From the NCBI GenBank assembly GCA_977016875.1, contig CDRNST010000051.1, positions 5,394,001-5,458,000 of the forward strand: a stretch of 64,000 bases of DNA, written 5' to 3'. The first letter of the stretch is position 1, and every line of letters begins with the position of its first letter. The position numbers and the translations under genes were made by a program. Origin of the DNA: Pavona decussata. Lineage: Eukaryota. The notes below the pieces were generated by a model. It saw nothing but the letters and a program-made list of their open reading frames with translations, was not told the origin of the DNA and made no database searches. Shown here in pieces: positions 23,100 to 36,948 of the stretch.

Positions 23100-26000
23100 T
23101 CTACCAATTTACAATCTATTTCCTGTCTAGACTCAAATTAGTGTATTTTTCTTTCTTTTTTTTTGGATGGACAGGATGTAAGTTATTTTAGTATTGTAAG
23201 TATAGTAAGTATTGTTAACGATGTAGATATAGTTATTGTGGTTAGTATTGTGAGTATTGTAAGAAATGTTAGTAGCGTTCTCCTTATTGTATTGCCTCAT
23301 TTTACTAGATGGGTGGGGAGTTTATTTTCTGATCTGGCGATTGTTGTCTCAAGCTGGAAAACCAACTTAATCTTCGCAGTAAACACTCTGAAAGATGGTA
23401 TGACTTTTTTGCATCGTGATGAGTATATATGCCGTTTCGTAAGTAACAGCATGTGATTGATAAACAGATAATCTTTACACACTAAAATACCTAACATGTC
23501 TTTAACAGAAAGCAATTCTATGTTAACATCATGATCACCTAACCATTTTATTACTTCTGCCCAAAACTTCTCAGTATAGTGACAAGATACAAAAATATGC
23601 TTGAGGGATTCGTCCATTACACCACAGAAAGAACACAACAGAGATGCTACAATGCTGATTTTACTAAAGAACATATTCGTGGCGAGACACCTGTTCAAAA
23701 GTTTGTACTGAAATTCGCGCGACTTAGTATCCAGCGCCACCCGGTGTGGTAAGCTGTATATCTTTCTCCAATCTAACTCATCATCTGCAAATTGAGCATT
23801 ATATTTAAATTAAGCAGTCGGTGGAGTAATGATTCTATCTCGTAGTTCTTTATATATAATCTTTGATACAGCTTTATTTATTGAAACATTCTGTCCATTT
23901 AAAGATAGGAGAATGTAATTTTCTAAGATGAAAGGCTCATTAATGGTAGACATAGAGGTTCTTAAGGATTGACGCCATTGTACCGGAAGTGCATCAATCA
24001 AAGAAGCAATATTAAAAGCATCTAATGGTGACATATTAAGCTCCCTTACTCTAAAATTTGTGGCAATATCATTGTTCTCCGTAATTAAATCCCCTAATCT
24101 AATTATGCCTGCATTGGCTAACCTTCTATTGTATACAGATTTTCCATTAATACGAATGAATTTGTTATTCCATAATATAATCCTTGAGAGATTGGCATCT
24201 TCATAATGTTGTAAGCTGTCTTGGTTTTCTACAGAGCATTTGGCAAAGCATTTTAGACAGTCTTCATAGAAGGGTGGGAGTTTGAGAGGTAATTTCGTTA
24301 CATCAAAGTTGCAGCCAAGGATAAGTTTACCACCAACAGGTCTGAGATAGTGCAAAAGAATTGTTTTCCAGCTTCTTGGCTCGACAGATGCAAATTTTTT
24401 ACAGCACATTATTCTTTGAGCTTCAATTATGGAATCTAGATGTGGGACTTTAAGTCCTCCATATTCGATGTCACTAATAAGGGCTGAACGTTTAACTTTA
24501 TCCTTGCCTTTCCAAATGAACTCAAAAATAATTTAGTTCACATCATTCATAAATTCTTTGTCTACGCATGATAAACTCGCCCGAAATAAGAAAATTGGGA
24601 TAATAAAAGTCTTGACAAGTTGGATTCTATCAATTATTGTGAGATCTCTCCACCTTCACATTTTTAACTTTTCTTTGATTAAAATAATCAAATCGTCAAA
24701 ATTCAGTTTACGTTTCGCAATATGAATATAAGTAAAGTGGACACGAAGAATCTCAACAGATTTTTTAACCGCGATATTTTGGAGAAGAGTATACTCTAAT
24801 GCAGAATTAGTGAGATTTCCCAGTAACAAAATTTCAGATTTGTCGTAATTTATATTAAGGCCAGAACAAGCTCCGAAATTGTCTACACAGCGTAAAAAGT
24901 TTAAAAGAGAGATATCATTTCTCAAGAAAGCAGTCAGGTCATCTGCGAACAATCCGACTTTTATCTCTTCTTTATCTACGAATATACCTTCAATGTCTTG
25001 GTCACTACGTATACTAACACTTAGAATCTCCAAGACCATGATGAACAAATAGGCAGAAAGGGGATCTCCCTGCCTTACGCCACGTTGAACATCGAAAAGC
25101 GCTGTAGAAAAGTCGTTATTCATGATACAACTGGAGATGTTTTTCTCGAATGTATGAATCCACTGAATAAACGATGGTCCGAAACAGAAAGCCGAAAGAG
25201 TACGACGCAAAAATGTCCTACTGACTGAATCAAAAGCTTTCTTAAAATCGATGCAAATCATTTTCCCGCTGATTTTGTATCTTTCTGTATAATCCATGAT
25301 AGCTTCAATGGTTCTAACGGCATCAAAAATAGTTCTACCTTTAACGTATGCGGACTGATTGTGGTGTATAATGCTTGGCAGAACATTCTCCAATCTCTTA
25401 GCAATAGCCTTTGAACCTATTTTGACATCAACGTTAATAAGCGATATTGGTCTCCAGTTGGAAATGTCTCTCCGATCTTTATCCTTTTTCTCGATTAATG
25501 TAATAATCTCTTGTTTTTGTGTGTTAGAAAGCTCTCCGCAGTCATAGGAGAACTTTAGACTATCTACTAGTAAATTGCCTACAGTGTGCCAGAAAGCCTT
25601 GTAAAATTCAGCCGTTATTCCATCATTGCCTGGTGATTTGTTATTTTCAAATAACTGTAGACTCTTGAAACATTCAGCCACTGTTAGTTTCCCCTCGCAA
25701 GATTGAGCATTGTCATGAGATAACGTAGGGATTTCTGGATTATTTAAGAACGAGTCTAGCACAGTCTCAGGTGGGTTAAGAGAGTCAGTTTTATACAGGT
25801 TGGAGCAGAAATTCTCAATCTCGTTCAAAACTGTCTTTGGATCGGTGACCAAAATACCATCCTTGTTAAAGATTTTACGGACTGAACTCTTGGCCTTTTT
25901 GTAAGATTCCAGATTCAAAAAATATTTATTTTTTTCTCCGCTTTTGTACCAAGCCGCTTTTGATCGAATTATTGCACCTCTTGATAACTGGTCATAAATG

Positions 26001-28460
26001 CCATCATACTCTAATTTTAAGATTTCATAATTTTCAATGTTTTCGGGGGATGGACTTTACTTTATTTTACTTGTCCCCTGGTGCCAAGGTGGCGCATAGG
26101 GCCTCCACATAGGCTTTCCAGCGATTCCTGTCTTGCGCTGCAGTGCGCACCTCACTCCAGGACTGCCACCCTGCTTTGGACCTCTCGGGGGATGGACAGC
26201 TACTACATTTTTCCTCATAAGCCTTGAGGGAAGCTTCAATATCGGAGATCTTTTTCCTTCTTTTAAATGCTTTTTCTTTACTGTACTTAATCGAAACCTG
26301 CCTTATTCTGTAATTAATTAAATCCCACAAAAGTCTCTTGTCGGTTACTGCCTTAAATTCATGAGGCCAGATAGGCACATTGTCATTGATCAAAGTGACA
26401 AAATTAGCATCATCAACTAGACTGGCATTAAATTTCCAGAAAGAAGGGCCATGCTTTTGCATATCAATGTTATTAAAGTGGAGAACAACTGCTGAATTAT
26501 CAGAGTTAATTGATGGAATGATTTTTTTTTATTTTTTACTTATTTTTTTTTTATTGATGGAATGATGTCGGTCTTTTCAATATCTTCCTGACAGATATCG
26601 CTAGTTAACCAATAATCCAATCTTCTTTGAATAAAAGGATTTTTTTGCCTCCATGTGAAGTGCTTAGTTTCAGGATTCCTTATTCTCCAGATATCTACTA
26701 GATCGAAGTCTTAAGCATAGGTCTTGAACATTTTTCACTGAATCTTTTTTCGTCTGATTACCACCCGAACAGTCAAGGTCAGGATCAATCGCGACGTTGG
26801 AAGTCTCCACCAATTACAATCTTATATTCATTATCTATTACAAAACGTTCAATATTCTCATTGAGTCTATCATAGAAACAGCGTTGTTCCGGAACTGTAT
26901 TCGGAGCGTAAACATTCACAAACAGAAATTCCGAACTTTGCACATTAGCTTGCATAATAATATAGCGGGCATTGTCATGAATTTCAACACACTTTAGGTT
27001 AAAGTCTAAGTCATTTCTCACTAGAATCATTACTCCACAGCTGTGATTAGAACCATGTGAAAAGAAAATCTTACCTTGCCATTGTGTCCTCCACGTATCC
27101 TCGATTTCTGCCGTACAGTAGGTTTCTTGGAGAAAAATTATGTCATGCTTTTTCTTGTTCAACCACATGAAGAGAGCTTTTCTTCTTTTCGGAGAACGAA
27201 TCCCTCGACAATTTAAAGATAGCAATTTAAAATCCGTATATTCTTTCTCGTACGCTGTCAAATATTTTAAAGCAAACAATTTCGCCTGCATTGCAAAGGA
27301 TATGACTATATGTGAATACAAAGAGGTTCTTAAACGTACAAACAAGTATTACAATAAACACTGAATACAATAAAAAATTACAAAGGCTGCGGATAATGAT
27401 ACCTATGTGCAGCCTGATGGGATTTGGTACGGTAGTTTGTTATGTAAATTCTTGAAGCCACCACTATTTTGAAGCGAGAAATAATTATTCCTCATGACCA
27501 AAAAGAAAAAAGAGAAGAGAATAGTACAAAATATGGTTCTTATGATACGATATATCTATGTATTTAAGGAGCTATGTTCAGGGGATGATATACTCTCCAT
27601 CTATGTACAATTCATCTGGTTCCTTTTTACAAAAGAAAGCCAATTTTCCTTGCTCTCTAGCGCATTTCAACCTTGGCCACTGCTTCTTCCTGCTCCCATG
27701 AATCTCTTTGGGTAAATCAGCATAAATTTTGACATCGACGTCTTCTTTCATCTCCAGCGCCCTCTTAAAAACATGTTCACGGTCGGGATACCAGAGAAAT
27801 CGTGCGATAATCAGCCGAGGTACCCCAGGTTTCTTTTTGCCCATTCGATGAACCCTCTGAAACTCCACGTCGCGTGTGCCATCTAACTTTCGGGTCGCTT
27901 GCGGGGATTCCAAGAAAGCGCAGGTTTCCTCTTCGATTGTAAACCTCTTTGTACATGATATGCTGTGCTAACACTTTAATCTCCTGAAGATTGGTGTCGG
28001 TTTTGCCTTTCAGCTCGTTCACTTCAGAATTAATAAATTTCATTCCGTTGTCCATTTCGTCTACTGAGCTCTCGATTAAAGCAACTCTGTCATTTAGGGC
28101 GACTACATCTGACTGAACGCTCTTTATAGTGTTCTCAAGTCCCGTAATGTTTTCTAACACTCCCTTAACTTTCCTGTCCATTTCATCAAGCTTGCTAAGT
28201 ACTTCACCCAGCTTCGACATTACTTTAGTTACATCGGAAGCCGTATCCTAGGCAGACTTGCCACTGCTGTGTTTCTTCTCTTGGGGAGAAAGGCTTTCAT
28301 TGTCCAAACTACTGCTCCCTCTCATCTTTCGTTTAAACGGTTAAGCGTGTTTTCGGCCATTAAAGAGGAATAACAAAGCTAAATAGGACTCGCAAAATTC
28401 GAAAATAGCGGGAGCAACGAGTGACACGTCCTCACTCCATGCCAGACCCAGACCCCCAAT
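23100..28460 (-). mobile_element. Near-full-length decayed L1/Tx1-clade LINE (ORF1 and ORF2)
   Basis: ORF1 fragments 27578..28220 (RRGNLRFLGIP, RVHRMG, IIARF, ELYIDG), APE endonuclease 26785..27345 (SLNCRG, FLQET, NVYAPN, GGDF), RT 24656..25918 (WRPISL, DFKKAFD, FADD) and zf-RVT 23297..23740. Confidence 0.93.
26056..26184 (-). mobile_element. 129-bp 3' end of an RTE-clade LINE inserted into the L1 ORF2
   Basis: Encodes AGWQSWSEVRTAAQDRNRWKAYVEALCA, has an (AAGTA/AAATA) tail, and is flanked by the 13-bp TSD TCGGGGGATGGAC at 26043-26055 and 26185-26197. Confidence 0.88.
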
Positions 28461-29031
28461 TCAGGTGATGTTTTGTTGCTGTTGCCGTCATTGTTTCAGC
28501 TCCCTAATGTTTTTTTCGTACTCCATGGCCTCTGATCTTGTTTCTGAAAAACAGGAAAACATACAATAATTTAAATCAGATGCATTGCATTTTACAATAC
28601 TAGTTTCCGGACAGTAATGCACTAATTTACGTATAAAATTATATTAATTGTTATCCGTGGCATACAGCTAAAAATTAAGTGGAATTTAAGACTCACTTGA
28701 CCTTTGTACTTTGACCAAAGAACACAGATCATGAGATGCATGTATGTGGCAATGTCATTCGCCCCTGAAAACTATTCGGGCATTTTCGCATTCCCCTGTT
28801 TTCTTCGAAGGTTATCTTGATAACCATTTTTGAAACTGTGTACTGGCTTACTTTAAGCTAGAATGTTTGATTTGTGTGTGTTCTAGTTACAGTATTAATT
28901 CGATAAATAGAAGTATTAAAGGGTAGATGCAGCTAGTGAAAATCATGCACGAAGTCTTCCTTTTGTTGAACCTGGTTAAAGTATCAAAATACTACAAATA
29001 TATACACAAATAATGAAACTTATTGTACTTA

Positions 29032-29210
29032 CCAAATACTTTTAAAACAACTGCGTTAAACATGGCTAGTCGCCCTTTGGAATTTTTGCCAAATTGGACC
29101 TGGATGGCCATTCCCTCTTGTAGCTCTTGTTCAGCAGCGAGAATAACTTGATTTTCTCTTATAATGCTTACAGAGTTCTCATCTACCCACTGAACAACGA
29201 TATGAACCAT
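29032..29210 (-). CDS. Probable first exon of an uncharacterised (TE accessory-type) gene
   Basis: ATG at 29210, MVHIVVQWVDENSVSIIRENQV...VLKVF, ending at a strong G|GTAAGT donor. Confidence 0.45.
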
Positions 29211-30169
29211 TGTAATTACCGATATTGAGCATGATAAGCATAAAAACATAATTAAAATTAATTTGTTAAAAATCAGGACCTTTTCTTTCTGGTGGTCGTG
29301 AGTGCCTTTATGATCAAAAGCAACACAGAAGAAAAAAAGACTCTTTACTGGATCAACTTTTTAAAATTTAAATTGTAATTAATCGGTGAGTGCTTTAAAG
29401 TTACAGCATACATCTTGAAATCAAATCTGTAGTCCTGCCACTAATAATTATGGTATAGATCTTAAAGGCTCCTTTAATCCTTATCTACTGTTATTTTTAA
29501 CTGTATTTTCAGAGGTGAACATCAACTGGCGAAAGTTGAGGAAATTGGTGAAAAAGTCTTCTATCTTGAGGGAAATGCTGATAATCCAAGCATTGTGCGC
29601 TTACTGAATTTCAGTGGAGTCTGGATAATTAGCTTCATTCTGGATGGACATTAAGTTAAAAGTGTAGTTTAGAATTTGTAATTTTGTCTTTGCGACACAG
29701 GACAAAGCGTTTTTTTTAATGTTTCGTTTATCACATGTACATTGCATTTCATTTTTCATCAAATCAAGAGCTTTTTTAATTATAAAGTTACTTTAAAAGA
29801 TGAACTGCAGATTGCAGACTGGGTATAAAAAGCTATTTATGTCTCCTCTCTGCAGTTGCGAGCAACATTTAAATAGATCAATTTTTATTGCCAACAGCCA
29901 AGCTTGTTTGCTAGAGCGCTTCAGAAAACCTTAAAAACAATACAAACTCACTTCGTTTTGGGATAAAAATTTGGCCATTGTTAATGGCCACTTTTAATTG
30001 AAAACTACAAAACTTAAACTAATATCTGACAAGCGGTGAGGTAACAATAAGGTATTAAAAGCTCTAGCAAAGGTGAAGGCCAGAAAAAAGGCAAGCTAGA
30101 AAATTAAATACAATAATTAGACGGGCAGAAGACGGGGATGGAGATGGGTTGATTGCTTGATTTTCCTGG

Positions 30170-31042
30170 CGCCCTCTTCCCAGGGAAGCAAGGATTTTTG
30201 ATGCAAGTAGGGACAATTCTGGTCATAATAACGCCAATTAGCGTTCTTAGGCCAGATCACACCGTTGCACTGTATTTCATTAAACCTGGGGCGCTATCTG
30301 GAAAGCGCACTGTGTAAATCGCCGCGAAAGTTGGAAAAGCAGTGGTCCACTGATCAATGGTCACTATGCGTTTGGAAACCTGGGCAGGCTCAAGACTGAC
30401 AATAGGATGGTTAGACAAAGAAGATGATTTAACAGTAATATTATATTCTGGATCCCCCGGAAGGGAGGAGAGCAAAGTTCCAAGATCAATGTATTCATTG
30501 GCCCAAAATTTTGTCTGAATTTTGTCTGGATCTTTACTCGACAAGGGAACGGAAATCAACTGATGGATCTTTTCAGGCCTTGTATTACTGTCGAGACTAC
30601 CAGGATCTATAATTGAGTTAGCTAATTGCATATTAGCGATTTGGCCCTCACCAGTAATATCTTGGACGACCACTGCCAGTGACCCCTGTACAGCAGCAGC
30701 AGGATCCAAGGCTGTATCTTCGGGGGAAAGTAAGCCAGCAGACCTCAGGCTTTGGACCATGGTGGCTGAAATGGCGGATGTTAGTTCGGGTAGCAGGTTA
30801 GCCGTTGCCGAGCTAGAGGATGTGGAAGAAGTGGACGGCACGGGTGTAGGTGCAGATGATGTGGTCGGGATGACTGGTTGACATGCTAGTGTGCTCGGAT
30901 GAGAGCCAGTGGTGTGGTTTATGGCTGTAACTTGAGCCCTTGAACAAGAATGACCAGGAGACTTGGAGACTCCAGCTTTTGGTTTTTTACCCACAATGGA
31001 TGGCGTGGCTGTAGCAGGACTGCAGCGCTTTCCTTGGGTCAT
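30170..31042 (-). pseudogene. Ngaro/DIRS-type gag-like ORF
   Basis: KIQTKFWANEYIDLGTLL and TIDQWTTAF..FAAIY..LMKYSATV. The frame continues past stops into NWRYYDQN, a W-x2-YD motif typical of Ngaro-like gag. Confidence 0.75.
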
Positions 31043-31369
31043 CAGAGTGTATTTGCCTAAACGTGAGTGATTAATTCTAGTTAAGAAAGAGCGAAGGTGT
31101 AAAAGGGGGGGGGGGGAGGGTGGCTTAAGGGGTGGTCACATCCACAAAACATTTATGTTCAGGAAATAAAGGACAAGCGAGTAAGTTAAGGAACCGGTTT
31201 AGTTAAGGAAAAAATCGGCAACATGTTTAGCAAACCCAATAATTGAGATGCGGCGAGGAACATGCAAAATATGCCGGATATGGTGTCGAAACCAGTCGTA
31301 AATAACATAAAACAGATATCAATCAGAGCAAACGTAAATGTCTGGTGGATAGTGACACATTTGAAGCTG

Positions 31370-31960
31370 TCAGACTGCCTCACGACCCTCACAACCCGAA
31401 ATTTGTTTCAAGGCAAGCAAAATTGCACCATGATAGCTCCGATAGAGGGTATAATTGCCCTGATCATTGAGATGTACTCCATAACGGCATAATGCAGGGA
31501 TGTTGGGATTACGCAGCCCCTTGTGATACCAGAAGTCCGCATAAATGAGTGGTTCCACTTGTAGATACTGATTCAAAACATCAACTTTCAAATTGTAGTC
31601 AGGGATATGAGTGGGCGTTTTAGATGTGTGAATGACTTGGCAAACCACTACAAAGGCGGCGCTGCAATGATCGTGCAGAAAAGATACTAAGTGCTCAATA
31701 TCCAAGCCAACTGATTTAGGGCGCCACCCCACAGAACACAGATCGCTGGATCCCAGCTCCAAGATGATAATTTCAGGCTTCAAAGTTTTAACTTTAACAA
31801 TGTCAAATTGTAGTGTCTTAGGGACTGTTCTGCCACCAATACCAACCAAAGAAAGATCTACTGACGATAGGTCAAAGTCTGGAACCGTTCGTCTGTCGCC
31901 ACTTTGGTAAAGAAATACATTAAGACGATGGACAAATGAGTGCTCCAAAGTAAGGACAAT
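31370..31960 (-). CDS. SGNH/GDSL hydrolase-like ORF of a Ngaro-like retroelement
   Basis: HSFVHRL (block I), GIGGRTV (II), IILELGSSDL (III) and YGVHLNDQG (V). Confidence 0.8.
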   Translation of the reverse strand: MVLTLEHSFVHRLNVFLYQSGDRRTVPDFDLSSVDLSLVGIGGRTVPKTLQFDIVKVKTLKPEIIILELGSSDLCSVGWRPKSVGLDIEHLVSFLHDHCSAAFVVVCQVIHTSKTPTHIPDYNLKVDVLNQYLQVEPLIYADFWYHKGLRNPNIPALCRYGVHLNDQGNYTLYRSYHGAILLALKQISGCEGREAV

Positions 31961-32689
31961 TCATGGTAGCAAATGCAAAATATGAAAAAGCGTAAAAGAA
32001 TAAAGAATAAAAGGAATATACGTAACGTTGGTGGCTTGATTACTTGATTTTCCTGAAATCTGAAGTTTAAGGCTTGCAGACTGAGGGGTGAACTAATGGA
32101 TACGCCCTCTTATGAAGGGTCTTTGCCTAACTATGAAAGCGAGGTTAAGCATTTTTACGTTGAGTGAACATTTGGCCAAAAGCCTCGTGATGTTGCAAAA
32201 AGGTTATTATTCTGAGAGTCTCGTGATAATCATACGATGGTGATCTGTTTTAGTAAAGATCCAAGGTTCAAACGAGGAACCTGTGCCATTGTCTCACAAT
32301 CAACTCACCCCTGTCCCCTGTGAAAAACCTCATAGAGAAGGCACCCAGGAGGGAGACATAAAAGCTTTTATTTGGTCGAAATAAAATTAATAAAATTGAG
32401 GTTTTATTCTCTCATTCTGTCACTAGAACTTGAACATAATAACTCCTATTACGTTTTAAACAAGTGGATTTTTTTAAATAATCATTAAACCAGATCTTTT
32501 AAGTTAAAAACAGTGGTTTCAAGAATCGCCTACAGTGTATACTTTGACACAGTGTTATTCTATTCATCCTGACTGATTGTACCTATGTATTGTAGTAGTT
32601 TATTTGTCATGGCTCCTGACTGGACATGAAAAGCAACTCATTTTATATTAGGTTAATTCCATCGATGTACAATTTCTTTTGTTCTCATA

Positions 32690-32946
32690 TATTCCACAGA
32701 ATTCCCATTCATTGACGCCTCTTATAACAATTCTCATTCATTCTCGTAAATTTCCATAGAAATTCTGTCAGTTAAAGGAATTGTTAGGAATTCCTGGTTA
32801 ATCCAAATAACGTTTTTTGAGATTCCCAATTGTTCGCAGAAATTTGTAGCTCTTAGATTTATACTGATTTGCAAGTCTGGGAATTATAGAGAATTCCTAA
32901 AAATCCTTAGGAATTCCAAGGTTTCTGAGAATTCATTTCGCAAGGG
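32690..32946. mobile_element. CACTA/CMC-like terminus with GGAATTCC-type subterminal repeats
   Basis: A cluster of GAATTC/GGAATTCC motifs ends in TTTCGCAAGGG (CCCTTGCG.. read from the end). Confidence 0.55.
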
Positions 32947-33939
32947 TTATGCCCTGCTGAAAAGAGGATTTAAACTTAATTTTTTCCTTATTTGTAGTTG
33001 TACCAATTTAGAATGACTTCATGAAGAAAACTATCCTCAGTCTGGCTTCACAAGTGGTCGAAGACTTTTGACCTCATTTCTGAGACCATCCACTTCTGCC
33101 TTGAGCCACTCAATTTCTTAAGTAAAGTGGGCAGACAATGATTCCCAGTTTGAGTTACTGCCCAATTCACTGTTTGGAACCTTTCCAGGACCTGATGGGC
33201 AGTCAAGAGACAATCCCCAATGTCATCATCAAGCAAGTGCTGTCTGAAACTTCTACAGTGGTGCATTGGATGAGATAATGGTGTTAGTGTGTGCACAAAT
33301 GGTTCAATGTCAGGTGACTATGAAGAAGTGATTAATGTGCTTTACAGGTGGGGTGGTGAATGTCTGTGCGATTTATGAGGCCTATTTGTATGTTGTGATT
33401 TGATAATGGTGAAATATGGGGTTTTGATGCATGTTTATGTATATTAATGAGTGTACTTGTCTTGTGGTTTGTTGGTGGTGGGGTATGCAGTGGCATATGT
33501 GCATATGACGTGAAGGTGTGTTTGCCTGTGCTCTGGTGACATGGGGCAGTGTTGTGTTTTTGGTGCAGCAGGTGTGTGTATGAAATGTTTTGTTGGTGGT
33601 TTGTAGGCTGGTGTGGACGCATTCTCCTTGTTATCTGGTGCAGCAGGTGTATGCGTGACGTGGTTTGTTGGTGTTCTGTAGGTTGACATGGATCCTTGTC
33701 ATCTGGTATGATGACAACATTCTCCCTGAATGCAGAACGCTGCCTAAGAATGGTGTTAATTCATTCCTGCTGAACAGACTGTTGAAGCTTTTAATAGATA
33801 GGGAGAGAACATAGCTTAAGGACGTTGTTCAGGTTAAGATTACTGCCAACTTTCCCTGATACAAAAAGAAGAATTTTTCTTGTCACATCACAGTAAGCAG
33901 GCAAAATAAAACTGATTTCAGCTCACAACTTTAAAAACT

Positions 33940-34280
33940 TTAACATACCAAATACAAGTAAGGTAAGAATCGGTGTCCTCGGAAGAATTAGAAACAATCT
34001 AACTGTTGAGTCAGCCAAAAAGGTTTATCAGTCTCTTGTTTTTATTGCGATGTTGCATGGAGCAGTATTGGCAAAATAGAACGTGATAGGTTAGATCATG
34101 CACGGAGAAGGACAGCGAAGATTGTCTTGAAGACCAAAGATTCAGACGCTGAGAAGAATTTAAAATGGCTTCCCTTGTCTATGAGGCGTGACATGCATAC
34201 TATTAATTTAACTTTCAAATGCTTAAAGGAATCCCCTCCAATGTTTTTAAAAGACTATTTTGAGGTTTTTAGAACTATCC
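33940..34280 (+). mobile_element. CR1/L2-type LINE 3' ORF2 fragment
   Basis: RIGVLGRIRNNLT..KKVYQSL..YCDVAW..LKWLPLSMRR..TFKCLK..PMFLKDYF. Confidence 0.7.
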
Positions 34281-34604
34281 TGACTGATAGACACTGCAGT
34301 ATCGACTCTGAATTAAGTGCGGCACAAGTGCGACGTCGGAATCAAAAGTCGCATTTCTGCCGCACTTAATTGAATTGAATTCGACATGGCAGAAATTCAA
34401 TGTATGAACCGGGCCTAAGTCTGTCTTAGCCTAAGTCAAGCCAAGTCACCCTAAGTCCGCTTAAGCGTTCAGACATATCTAGAAGACAAATTCTTTCCGT
34501 GAAAAGCTGTCATCATTAACGATAAAAATGACAGGTAAGGTAACTAACATCATAAATGTGGTGATGTAGTCACGATCCATTTTAGCAAAGAAGTTGAGAT
34601 AAAA

Positions 34605-35782
34605 ATGAAACCAAGAAGCCGTAAAATCGCTGTAATTGCGACTGTTGTCTGTTTATTAAATTTGCAAAGGTTGATCAGCCAAATAACCTTACAAAATCTT
34701 ACGTTCCTTCGTGAAAGAATGATGGAAGATTTTGTTCAAGAGAGTGAAAGTCTGCTTTTTCTCACCGCCCTACTTTTGAGCGTTCACCGAAGACGAGGTA
34801 ATTTTCGGCAGGTAAAAAGAAGAGTGTGGGCCTGGCCAAGACCGCAGAACTGGTTTGATGTAATGCTAGCGTCACCTCGGCTGAATGTTCTTTGGAAACC
34901 AAACTTTCGAATGGAACGTGAAACATTTGACGAGCTTTGCCGAATTTATCGTGGTGATCTGACGAGACAGGAAACAAGATTGAGAAAGCCTGTGTCTGTA
35001 GAGAAGCATGTTGCTGTTGGTGTTTGGAGACTTTCTACTGGAAACAGTTATAGGTCATGTAGACTGCAGTTTGGCCTGGGAAAATCTACAGCTAAAGTGA
35101 TATGTCAAGAGTTCGAGGAAGCTTTGTGTCGAAAAAAAAAACTTTTTTATTTGATTCCTTTACACTGAAGACGAAGTGCAAGAAGCGGTGGACACCTGTG
35201 AAGAAGAATACAAGTCTCCACAAATTGTAGGAGCAATTGACGGCTGCCACATAGAAAACATGTAGCAGTGGGCTATCCTGGTAGTATTCACGATGCAAGA
35301 GTGCTACGACTGACTGGAATTTTTGACCTTGCAGAAAATGTAGAAATTAATCAGCACCTACAAGAATGGTTAATGGGGGACTGTTGAGGCCAGTGCTAGT
35401 AGGTGACAGTGCTTATCCTTTGAAAAACTGGCTAATAAAACCCTTTCCAAACAGAGGGCACCTATCGCCTCAGAAAAGACGCTTTAATAAAAAATTAAGT
35501 GCAATGAGATCAGTGATCGAGATGGCGTTCAGCTTGTTAAAAGGACGTTGGAGGCTTTTATTAAAAAAGATTGAACAGAGTCACACTTCTGTACCACGAA
35601 GAGTGACAGCAGCATGTGTTTTACATAATTTTTGCGTAATGCAAGGGGATTCAGTTGATGATGATGAGGATCGCCCACTACCGGACGAACAAAACGACGC
35701 AGATGAAGATGATGAAGCACAAGACGGATCAGCTACACGCTAAACTATGCTTGATTATCTACTTTCTCAGGGTGTACTTTAA
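34605..35782 (+). pseudogene. Harbinger (HARBI1-like) DDE transposase, frameshifted
   Basis: NFRMERETFDELC, LSTGNSY..QFGLGKST, GAIDGCHI, PGSIHDARV, VGDSAYPL, RSVIEMAFSLLKGRWR and ACVLHNFC. Confidence 0.93.
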
Positions 35783-36039
35783 TTCAGCCACCTTCCTCAT
35801 TGCACCATATGAAGGACTGTAATTCAATGGCGTGACAATGTTTTTCTTTATGTTTATAAAACGCACATTTATTGAACTTGATTTTTAAAATTTTTCATTT
35901 CTTTTTCCCAAAAGCTGTGTTACAATCAATAAAATGCTCAAAAAGATTGAATGCCTGTTACTCTACTATTCCAGCTAGCTAACAACAACAGAACATGTAA
36001 ATGTTCAAATTAACTGGTAATGCACGCAACATCTTTTTA

Positions 36040-36948
36040 GTCACTTTTTAAACAGTCTTTTAAAATGTCTTTTAGGCCTGACACAAGAGCCTTGGTCTGC
36101 TCTGTCTGGCTTTGTATAGCAGCCTGCTGAAGTTCCATGCTGCGGTTGAAACATTCGGCTTGCTTTTCCATGGAAATATGCCACATGTCACATATTCCCT
36201 TCATGTAGGGGTCTTCATCTCGGTCATTTGGCTCCTTTCTCTTGCACTTAGGGGCTTTCCCTTTTGTCTTTGGTGGGACTTGCTGCGACTTCGGTGGTGA
36301 TTCATCTGAGGCCGAACTTGTGCAAGGCTGCTGAGAATCAGAGCTCGCTTATGATGATGAGTTTTCTCCCTCTTTCGAGACTGGTCCTGCTGAGGGAGAC
36401 TTCTTCTTTGGAATGACCTTTGAAGAACTTATGGTCATGCAATTAGGGTTAATAGCGTCCCGTGTCCCTAGAATATCATCTAGTTCCTCGTAGAACGCGC
36501 AGTTACTTTGGAGCTTCTTAGCGCCCTCTTCTCCAGTGGAAGCCATTTTCGTTCTCACCTGGCGGTATTCATATTCCACGTTCATTCTTTTCTTGAGTTG
36601 ATCCAGGTTTTTGTTTGTTGACACCCCCAGATCGAAGCACTTGTCTCGAAATTTTTGTACAATTTGACTCCACAGACTTTTTTTTGGAGCGGTCGAAGCA
36701 GATTTCAGGGAATCGTAAAGGGCACCCCAAATCTCCAGCAATACGCTAGTTTCATCTCTGCTCCAGTCGGCCCTTGTGCGCTTAGACCCTTCTGAGTTCG
36801 GACATGGGTCGCTGCTCAGCTCTGAAGGACCTGGAGGCACTGGTATGGGAGCCATCATGGGTGGATAGTAAGCTCCAAATGGTGGCATAAATGGAGAAGG
36901 AGACCGACTAAACTGAGGCGGTGAAGCCGCATTAAAAACATGAGGCAT
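36040..36948 (-). pseudogene. Harbinger Myb/SANT-like DNA-binding protein
   Basis: WSRDETSVLLEIW..KSLWSQIV..EYRQVR..CAFYEELDDILGTR. The frame continues past a stop to about 36040. Confidence 0.85.

Noticed and set aside
33300-33710. His/Thr/Pro-rich ORFs
   Set aside because: Low-complexity GT-rich sequence with an imperfect internal duplication. No recognisable domain.
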